DNA of 39,951 nucleotides from a virus: IMG/VR virus record IMGVR_UViG_3300045988_166951; one strand, 5' to 3'. Shown piece by piece: positions 15,397 to 22,108 of this stretch (position 1 is its first letter; each line of letters starts with the position of its first letter). The notes under the pieces were generated by a model. It saw only the letters and a program-made list of their open reading frames with translations, ran no database searches and was not told where the DNA came from. The position numbers and the translations under genes were made by a program.

Positions 15397-16161
15397 GTGC
15401 AATATATAGCTAGTTTTAGCGGAGGAAAAGATAGTACCGCTATGATATTAAAGATAATTGAATTAGGACTACCTTTAGATAGAATAGTGTTTTGTGATAC
15501 GAGGCTTGAGTTTGGAGAGCAAATAAACATTGTTAAAATAGCTGAAAGAAAATTTAAAGAACTTAAACCAGGTATTAAATTTGATTGGATTAGACCTGAA
15601 AAAAGCTTTGAAGAGTATTTTTATACAGTTAATACTACTGGAAAAAGGAATGGTCAAATATGGGGATGGCCTTTTATGTTAGGAGCTTGGTGTAATAGCA
15701 GGTTAAAAATGAAACCATTAAATAAATATTTTAGAGAAATTGGTAAACATAAGAGATATGTTGGTATAGCTTATGATGAACCAAAGAGATATAAAAGACT
15801 TCCTAAGAATTGTATAGCTCCATTATATGAATTGAAAATGACGGAAGATGATTGCTTAAACTATATAAAATCAAAAGGATTCAAGAATCCTATGTATTGG
15901 AAGTTTGAAAGATTAGGATGTTATTTATGTCCTAAACAAAATTTAAATAGCCTTAGAAGTCTAAGAAGGCATTATCCTATGTTATGGGGAAAGATGCTTA
16001 AAATGGATAAAGATAGCCCTATACCATTTAAAGCAGATGGGACAAGATTAGTTGATATAGAAGAAAGATTTAAGCGAGAAGATATGAAGAGTAGAAAGGT
16101 TTATCCATTGATTGAACCTAGACTATTTTGTGAAGCAAAACAGCTTGCTATGAATTTATAA
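15397..16161 (+). CDS. PAPS-reductase-family PP-loop protein
   Basis: GTG start after GAAGGTG. N-terminal PP-loop ASFSGGKDSTAM. C-terminal Cys pair LGCYLCP. Confidence 0.7.
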   Translation: MQYIASFSGGKDSTAMILKIIELGLPLDRIVFCDTRLEFGEQINIVKIAERKFKELKPGIKFDWIRPEKSFEEYFYTVNTTGKRNGQIWGWPFMLGAWCNSRLKMKPLNKYFREIGKHKRYVGIAYDEPKRYKRLPKNCIAPLYELKMTEDDCLNYIKSKGFKNPMYWKFERLGCYLCPKQNLNSLRSLRRHYPMLWGKMLKMDKDSPIPFKADGTRLVDIEERFKREDMKSRKVYPLIEPRLFCEAKQLAMNL

Positions 16162-16174
16162 GAAGGTGAAGTAA

Positions 16175-16450
16175 TTGGAAGTATTAGAAGGACAAGTTAG
16201 TGTTTTTGAAATTATTGAAGATGTTAAAAAAGAAACTTTGCAAGAGAAAATGAAAAAACAATTATATAAAGCAATTAAAAAAGGTATAGTGCCAGGAGCT
16301 AAAATAATTTTTGATAATGATAGAACTGAGGTATGGGAAATTTGGTATATACACATGTTAAGTGGAGGTGTATTAGGTATATATATAAGTTCTCGTAATT
16401 GCAGTATGTCTTGGGAAGCGTTAAGTAGCAGGATAAAAGTTATTGAATAG
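16175..16450 (+). CDS. Hypothetical protein (91 aa)
   Basis: TTG start after GAAGGTGA. Operon position. Confidence 0.45.
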   Translation: MEVLEGQVSVFEIIEDVKKETLQEKMKKQLYKAIKKGIVPGAKIIFDNDRTEVWEIWYIHMLSGGVLGIYISSRNCSMSWEALSSRIKVIE

Positions 16451-16467
16451 GAGAAGGGAAAAGTAAT

Positions 16468-16941
16468 ATGGACAAGGTATTATTTAAAAAGACAGAAAAT
16501 TTACTTAGAAATTACAATACATTAGAAACAGAAATAAAACTAATAGAAGCAGAAATTAAAGATATTCAAGAATCTTATACTGGTTGTGGAGCTATAGGCT
16601 ATAATGAAAAGAGTGGTCCAACAAATAAGTTTAGCAGCATGGTTGAAGATGAAGTAATAAGGAAAGAAAAAGATTTATTCTATCTTAAGAGAGATTTAGA
16701 TTATAAGGTTAGATTAAAGAGAAGAATAGATTTGGCTATACAAACTCTTAGAACAAAAGAGGAGAAGGATTTAATTAGATTAAGATATATAAATCAACCT
16801 AAAGTTAGTTGGGGAACAGTTGCTAGACATTTAAAATATAATAAGGATTATTGCAGGAAGGAATTAAGACCTAAGGTTATAAAGCAAATTTCAGATTTTG
16901 TATTCTATAATCCAGGAGTTCAAGAAAGATTTATTATATAA
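16468..16941 (+). CDS. ArpU/RinA-like late-gene transcriptional regulator
   Basis: 157 aa. N-terminus TENLLRNYNTLETEIKLIEAEIKDI and C-terminal sigma-region-4-like LIRLRYINQPKVSWGTVARHL. It is the last early gene before the packaging module. Confidence 0.6.
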   Translation: MDKVLFKKTENLLRNYNTLETEIKLIEAEIKDIQESYTGCGAIGYNEKSGPTNKFSSMVEDEVIRKEKDLFYLKRDLDYKVRLKRRIDLAIQTLRTKEEKDLIRLRYINQPKVSWGTVARHLKYNKDYCRKELRPKVIKQISDFVFYNPGVQERFII

Positions 16942-16942
16942 A

Positions 16943-16984
16943 TATACCCCCTATTTATACCCGTTTAATACCCACCATATACCC
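16943..16984 (+). repeat. Four phased direct repeats WATACCC
   Basis: TATACCC 16943-16949, TATACCC 16956-16962, AATACCC 16967-16973, TATACCC 16978-16984 (13/11/11 bp spacing). A fifth AATACCC lies at 17330-17336, after the tRNA. Confidence 0.7.
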
Positions 16985-17097
16985 ACTTTTATATGTTATT
17001 ATGTAATTGTGGATAGGGTAAAGCGTTCATTGATGATCCTCCGGGATGTAAATTAAAACTTAACTAACGGAAAGCAAGGTGTAAAAGCCTTGCACAT

Positions 17098-17146
17098 GGA
17101 AGGTCTATTGGATAGCTTAAAGATGGTTCGAATCCATTGCCTTCCT
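17098..17146 (+). pseudogene. Truncated tRNA-like element (acceptor stem plus T-arm only)
   Basis: GGAAGGT...GCCTTCC 7-bp acceptor stem (one G:U). T-arm GATGG-TTCGAAT-CCATT. Only 17 nt (CTATTGGATAGCTTAAA) stand in place of the D, anticodon and variable arms. It is preceded by the same leader as the tRNA-Ser. Confidence 0.5.
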
Positions 17147-17226
17147 AAAAGCTCCCTTTGTTATTCTTAAGTTTATTTAATTTCAAACTCAAAAACCTAA
17201 CTAAGCAGGATTAAGTTCCTGCACAT

Positions 17227-17318
17227 GGAAAGTTACTCAAGTTGGTTAAGAGGGCAGATTGCTAATCTGTTAGTAGGCTTTATGTCTAGCAAGAGTTCAA
17301 ATCTCTTACTTTCCGCCA
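17227..17318 (+). tRNA. tRNA-Ser (anticodon GCU), class II, CCA encoded
   Basis: Acceptor GGAAAGT/ACTTTCC perfect. D-arm CTC-AAGTTGGTTAA-GAG. Anticodon arm GCAGA-TTGCTAA-TCTGT (U33, GCU, A37). 20-nt variable arm (TAGGC/GTCTA). T-arm AAGAG-TTCAAAT-CTCTT. Discriminator G plus CCA. Confidence 0.85.
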
Positions 17319-17348
17319 TTAAAAAAATAAATACCCTCTGGATTACAG

Positions 17349-17380
17349 GAAAGAATCTAGTTTAGGCTAGGTTCTTTTTA
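17349..17380 (+). terminator. Rho-independent terminator after the tRNA module
   Basis: GAAAGAATCTAG / CTAGGTTCTTTT stem (one G:U), 6-nt loop, T-run. Near-duplicate of the terminator at 18329-18361. Confidence 0.7.
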
Positions 17381-17392
17381 TTAGTATATAAA

Positions 17393-17421
17393 TTGAAATT
17401 ATTAGTATATTTATGTATAAT
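17393..17421 (+). promoter_or_regulatory. SigmaA-type promoter of the J-domain moron (TTGAAA-17-TATAAT) with flanking 11-bp direct repeats
   Basis: TTGAAA 17393-17398 and TATAAT 17416-21. TATTAGTATAT occurs at 17379-17389 and 17400-17410, 21 bp apart. Confidence 0.55.
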
Positions 17422-17448
17422 AATCCTGTAACATCAGATGGAGGGGTT

Positions 17449-18303
17449 ATGAAATTTACAAATATTAAAGAAATAAAAAAATATTTTAATTATTTAGATG
17501 AAGATATTAATGGTTTGAGATTAAAAATAATAAAAGAAAGAAATTTATATCATCCAGATAAAACTGGAGGAGATTTCTTGGATGAAAACCAAAAAGAAAA
17601 ATATTTTATTTGTCAAGAAGCAATTGATTTTGTAGAAAATTATAAATTAGAGTACATAGATCAAAAATCAGATATTGAAAAGATTATAGAGCAAAATCAA
17701 ATCTTAATAGAGAAACAAAATAAAGCAAAAATTATGGAGCAAAATTTAAGAAGTTACAATAATTCAATGAAAAGTAGCTGTGACAAAGTAATAGCACGGT
17801 ATAAATTAAGATATAATATACCAAAGATAACAAGTTCGGGGGTATTAGGGATTCTGACATTTGTATTAGCATTTCCTAAATCGATTGAGAATAATATATT
17901 CTTTAAGGATTTGCTTTTAGAACCAAACGTTAAATTTTCTATTGCATTGATATGGGTTTATATATTAGTAATTACAGTGTTACTTTGGTATATAGCATGG
18001 AGAAAAGAAAACAGACTTAAGGAATTTGTAGATTATTTAAGTATGGAAGGTGTACAAAATAATCTATTTAGTAATTTTATTAAAGATAAGCTTCAAGATA
18101 AGAGTCGTTTTACTAAAGAAGATTTTGTAGTTTATGCTATGAATGAAATCTCATATAGGAAAAGATTTAAAGGAATTAATTCTATGGAATTTCATGATAT
18201 ATTTTATAACATAGCAGGTATAATTTTTGCTAAAGCGGAAGATAAGGAAATTATTGAACAAATTAATACAAAATCATTAATTGATGAGTATGTAGTTTTA
18301 TAA
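17449..18303 (+). CDS. Membrane-anchored J-domain-like protein (N-terminal J-domain signature, 2 TM, unknown C-terminal domain)
   Basis: GGAGGGG RBS before ATG 17449 (the track start at 17413 lies inside the promoter). LRLKIIKERNLYHPDKTGGDFLDENQKEKYFICQEAIDFV contains the HPD motif in J-domain context. TM helices GVLGILTFVLAF and FSIALIWVYILVITVLLWYIAW. Confidence 0.55.
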   Translation: MKFTNIKEIKKYFNYLDEDINGLRLKIIKERNLYHPDKTGGDFLDENQKEKYFICQEAIDFVENYKLEYIDQKSDIEKIIEQNQILIEKQNKAKIMEQNLRSYNNSMKSSCDKVIARYKLRYNIPKITSSGVLGILTFVLAFPKSIENNIFFKDLLLEPNVKFSIALIWVYILVITVLLWYIAWRKENRLKEFVDYLSMEGVQNNLFSNFIKDKLQDKSRFTKEDFVVYAMNEISYRKRFKGINSMEFHDIFYNIAGIIFAKAEDKEIIEQINTKSLIDEYVVL

Positions 18304-18328
18304 AATTTTAATAATATATTTAAATTTA

Positions 18329-18361
18329 AAAGAATCTTTAATTCAAAAAGGTTCTTTTTAT
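18329..18361 (+). terminator. Rho-independent terminator after the J-domain gene
   Basis: AAAGAATCTTT / AAAGGTTCTTT stem (one G:U), then TTTTATTTT. Confidence 0.65.
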
Positions 18362-18393
18362 TTTACAAAATGACGAATAGGTGAGGTGGTGAT

Positions 18394-19272
18394 ATGGTTA
18401 GAGCAAGAAGTCCAAACCGAGATAAAGCATTTGAGATATACAAGGATCATGATGGAGATATTAAGTTAATTGATATAGCCAAAGAGTTAAACATAAAAGA
18501 TTCTCAAATTAGAAAGTGGAAATCACAAGATAGTTGGGATGAAAAATTAAAAGGAGCGTTACCAATAAGCAAAAGTAACGTTACTAATCAAAATGAGAAT
18601 AAAACTAATATAAAAAAAGATATTAAAGAGCCTATTGTAGAAGAAGTAAATGAGGTAATACAAAATGCTGAACTTACTGATAAACAAAGGCTTTTTTGTA
18701 TTTATTATATAAAGTATTTTAATGCTACTAAAGCGTATCAGAAAGCATATGGTTGTAGTTATATAGTTGCTAATGTAGAAGGGTATAAAACCCTAGTAAA
18801 ACCTAGTATAAAAACTGAAATAGAAAAGCTTAAGAAACATAAGATTAATCAAGTAATGTTAAGTGAAGAAGATATATTCCAGAAGTATATGGATATAGCG
18901 TTTAGTGATATTGGAGATTATTTATCCTTTAATAAGGTACGTAAAAATAGATGGACCAAGAATAAAGATGGTGAAGATATTCCAGTTATTAATCCAGATA
19001 CAGGAGAGCAGGACTTCTATGAATATAATGTAGTTGAACTTAAAGATAGCTCCAATGTAGATACAAGTCTATTGCAAGAAGTATCAGAAGGAAAAGACGG
19101 AGTTAAGATTAAACTACAAGATAAAATGAAAGCTCTTCAATGGTTAGCAGATCACATGGGAATAGCTACAGATAAACAGAAAGCTGAATTAGAATTATTA
19201 AAAGATAAATTGAATAAAGGTGGACCAGGTAAAAATGATATGGTTCAAATAGTGGATGATATAGATGATTAA
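18394..19272 (+). CDS. terS: Terminase small subunit (Terminase_2-like, N-terminal HTH)
   Basis: GAGGTGG RBS. N-terminal HTH IDIAKELNIKDSQIRKWKSQDSW. LTDKQRLFCIYYIKYFNATKAYQKAYG core. Overlaps terL. Confidence 0.8.
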   Translation: MVRARSPNRDKAFEIYKDHDGDIKLIDIAKELNIKDSQIRKWKSQDSWDEKLKGALPISKSNVTNQNENKTNIKKDIKEPIVEEVNEVIQNAELTDKQRLFCIYYIKYFNATKAYQKAYGCSYIVANVEGYKTLVKPSIKTEIEKLKKHKINQVMLSEEDIFQKYMDIAFSDIGDYLSFNKVRKNRWTKNKDGEDIPVINPDTGEQDFYEYNVVELKDSSNVDTSLLQEVSEGKDGVKIKLQDKMKALQWLADHMGIATDKQKAELELLKDKLNKGGPGKNDMVQIVDDIDD

Positions 19273-20548
19273 AGTAAAGTTAAAATGTGTTATAGCTGAA
19301 AGCTTTTATGAGGCACATAAAGATATAAAAAGAGAATTGCATACTCATTATTGGTTTAAAGGTGGAAGAGGAAGTACTAAATCCTCTTTTATTTCAATAG
19401 AAATTGTTTTAGGGATGATGAGAGATGCAATAAAGGGAATAATGTCTAATGCTTTAATACTTAGAAGAGTTAAGGATACTTTATCAGAATCAGTTAGAGA
19501 CCAAATTAAATGGGCCATAGATACATTAGGTGTAGAAAATGATTGGCATGTACCAGAAGCTAAACTTACTATAACTTATAAGCCTACTGGACAAGTAATT
19601 AGATTTAAAGGGGCTGATAATCCTAAAAAAGTAAAGTCTACTAAAGTTCCTAAAGGATATATTAAATATATATGGTATGAGGAAGTAGATGAATTTGAGG
19701 GAAAGCCTAAAATAGATACAATAAACCAATCATTAATGAGAGGTGGTCCTAAGTTTGTAGTATTTTATTCATTTAACCCGCCAGAAAGCCAAAGAAACTG
19801 GTGTAACCAAGAAGTATTAGAAGAAAGAAAAGATAAATTTGTACATCATAGTGATTATAGAACAGTACCGAGAGAATGGTTAGGTGAACAGTTCATAATT
19901 GAAGCAGAGCATATGAAGAAGGTTAATCCAACTAAGTATGAACATGATTACTTAGGAGCTGTAACTGGTACTGGTGGAGAAGTATTTAGGAATATAACTG
20001 TAAGACAAATAAGTGATGATGAAATAAAAGTATTTGATAGATTAAAGAATGGTTTAGACTTTGGTTATGCTGCAGATCCATTAGCTTATGTTTTAATGCA
20101 CTATGATAAAACTAGAAAGAGATTATATATATTCGGTGAAGTATATAAAGTTCAATTAAGTAATAGTAAAGCAGTTGAAGAGATAAGGAAATTAAATAAA
20201 GATAATAGAAAGGTTGTTGCAGATAGTGCAGAGCCGAGAACAATAAATGAATTTAAAACATTAGGTTTAAATATAATAGGTGCTAAAAAAGGACCTGATA
20301 GTGTAGAACATGGAATTAAATTCTTATCAGAGGAAATAGAAGAAATAATAATAGATCCTATAAGGTGTCCAAATGTAAAAAGAGAATTTTTAGGATATGA
20401 AATAGAAAAAGATAGTAATGGAAATCTTAAAGGAGAATATCCAGATAAAGATAACCATACAATAGATGCTGTTAGATATGGTATGGAAAGTGAAATGTTA
20501 AATAGAAAAATTAAGATTAGAAGTAAATCTAGATTAGGAATAAGGTAG
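19265..20548 (+). CDS. terL: Terminase large subunit (PBSX/Terminase_3 type, headful)
   Basis: Walker A FKGGRGSTKSS. Walker B-like IWYEEVDEF. C-terminal nuclease region DFGYAADP...DNHTIDAVRY. Confidence 0.9.
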   Translation: MIKVKLKCVIAESFYEAHKDIKRELHTHYWFKGGRGSTKSSFISIEIVLGMMRDAIKGIMSNALILRRVKDTLSESVRDQIKWAIDTLGVENDWHVPEAKLTITYKPTGQVIRFKGADNPKKVKSTKVPKGYIKYIWYEEVDEFEGKPKIDTINQSLMRGGPKFVVFYSFNPPESQRNWCNQEVLEERKDKFVHHSDYRTVPREWLGEQFIIEAEHMKKVNPTKYEHDYLGAVTGTGGEVFRNITVRQISDDEIKVFDRLKNGLDFGYAADPLAYVLMHYDKTRKRLYIFGEVYKVQLSNSKAVEEIRKLNKDNRKVVADSAEPRTINEFKTLGLNIIGAKKGPDSVEHGIKFLSEEIEEIIIDPIRCPNVKREFLGYEIEKDSNGNLKGEYPDKDNHTIDAVRYGMESEMLNRKIKIRSKSRLGIR

Positions 20549-20556
20549 GTGATAAA

Positions 20557-21975
20557 GTGGCTATAGTAAAAGATAGAAGTTTATTGAATGACGATGAAAG
20601 TATACCAATAGAACTTTTAAGTAAGTGCTTAGAGGATCATAAAGGATTAGTAGATAGATATGAAGTATTGAACAATTATTATGATGGTAAGCATGAGATA
20701 TTAAATAGAGTATTTGATAATGAGAATATTCCTAATAATAAGATTGTTTGTAATCATGCACAATATATAAGTGATATGGCTACTGGATATGTGTTCGGTA
20801 TTCCTATTTTATATACTGGTGAAGGTTCAGAAGAGATAAACAATATATTTACTGAAATAGATGAAGATAGTCATAATAATGAGTTGGCTCTAGATATTAG
20901 TATATTAGGTGTAGGCTATGAATTACTTTATATGAATGATGAGGAAATTCCTTATCCAGAATTAGCAACAATAAGTCCATTAAATAGCTTTTTAGTAGTA
21001 GATAATACTGTAAAGGAAAAGCCTATGTTTGGAGTTTCTTATAATGCAAGATTAGATATAGACAATCAAATAAAAGGATATGATGTTAATGTATATACCG
21101 ATAAAGAGGTTATACATTATTTTTTTGTAGATTTAAATAGTAAATCACCTACTGAAGAAGATAGAGAACCTCATTATTTTAATGGTATTCCTTTAATTGA
21201 ATATAAAAATAATAAGAAACTTATGGGAGATTTTGAAGGAGTTAGAACTCTAATAGATGCTTATAATAAGCTTCAAAGTGATAGAGTAAATGATAAAGAA
21301 CAATTAGTTGATGCATTTTTACTTATAGTAGGACAATCACTAGGCGATACAAAAGATGAAGTAAGCGAAACTGTTAAATACTTAATGGAGAATAAGATAA
21401 TTGAGTTAGATGAAAAAGGTGATGCCAGGTGGTTGGTTAAGCAGCTTAATGAGGAGCAAACAGAAATATTAAAAAAATCACTTAAAGATGATATACATGA
21501 GTTTTCTAAAGTGCCATGTTTAACAGATGAAAACTTTGTTGGTAATGCTTCTGGTATAGCTATGAAGTACAAGTTATTAGGATTTGAACAGTTAGGAAAG
21601 ACAAAGGAAAGATATTTTAAAAAGGGCTTAAGGCAAAGACTTAAACTTATGTCTAATATAGAAAATATAAGAGCAAAGCATATTGATTCATCAAAGATAG
21701 ATATTATCATGAAGAGAAGTTTACCAGTAGACGAAGAATTATTAGCTAGAATATCTCAAGAAACATCTGATTTACTAAGTTGGGAAACTAGGGTACAAAG
21801 GTTTGATAGTGAAATAGATGTTGAAGAGGAAAGAAAAAAGCTTGATGAAGATAAAAAGAAAAGTATAGAGGAGAATCAAAAAGCTTTTGGATCATATAAC
21901 TTTAAGCATGATATAGATGATAAGGGGGATGATAAAGATGAAGATTCTAGCATGGATAGTGCTAATAATAGTTAG
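20557..21975 (+). CDS. Portal protein (SPP1 gp6-like)
   Basis: GTG start after AGGTAGGTGA. 472 aa, immediately after terL. CNHAQYISDMATGYVFG and an acidic C-terminal tail. Confidence 0.8.
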   Translation: MAIVKDRSLLNDDESIPIELLSKCLEDHKGLVDRYEVLNNYYDGKHEILNRVFDNENIPNNKIVCNHAQYISDMATGYVFGIPILYTGEGSEEINNIFTEIDEDSHNNELALDISILGVGYELLYMNDEEIPYPELATISPLNSFLVVDNTVKEKPMFGVSYNARLDIDNQIKGYDVNVYTDKEVIHYFFVDLNSKSPTEEDREPHYFNGIPLIEYKNNKKLMGDFEGVRTLIDAYNKLQSDRVNDKEQLVDAFLLIVGQSLGDTKDEVSETVKYLMENKIIELDEKGDARWLVKQLNEEQTEILKKSLKDDIHEFSKVPCLTDENFVGNASGIAMKYKLLGFEQLGKTKERYFKKGLRQRLKLMSNIENIRAKHIDSSKIDIIMKRSLPVDEELLARISQETSDLLSWETRVQRFDSEIDVEEERKKLDEDKKKSIEENQKAFGSYNFKHDIDDKGDDKDEDSSMDSANNS

Positions 21976-22105
21976 TATAATTTCCTTAGTAACATTTAAA
22001 AGTATTTTTACTGGTAAAACTATTACTGATAGAGTTAGTCAATTTATTGGTTTTCTTCTTTACATATTAATCTGTATTCTTTCTATATATGTTATAAGGT
22101 TATAG
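21938..22105 (+). CDS. Small 2-TM membrane protein (55 aa)
   Basis: GGGGGA RBS before ATG 21938. MKILAWIVLIIVSIISLVTF...FIGFLLYILICILSIYVI. Overlaps the portal 3' end. Confidence 0.45.
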   Translation: MKILAWIVLIIVSIISLVTFKSIFTGKTITDRVSQFIGFLLYILICILSIYVIRL

Positions 22106-22108
22106 CTT

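Noticed and set aside
9536-16356. Minus-strand ORFs within the early operon (9536-9766, 9993-10283, 11563-11877, 11798-11992, 12173-12376, 12551-12733, 12922-13257, 15475-15657, 16156-16356) and the plus-strand out-of-frame ORF 10871-11062
   Set aside because: All lie fully inside, or antisense to, tightly packed RBS-preceded plus-strand genes that have recognisable domains. Their compositions are low-complexity, and they have no SD sequences or promoters.
17069-17146. A 78-nt full-length tRNA reading starting at GGAAAGC (17069)
   Set aside because: The acceptor stem would have an A-C mismatch, and no acceptable D or anticodon arm can be drawn. The segment 17074-17093 is better explained as the leader hairpin, which is duplicated before the tRNA-Ser.
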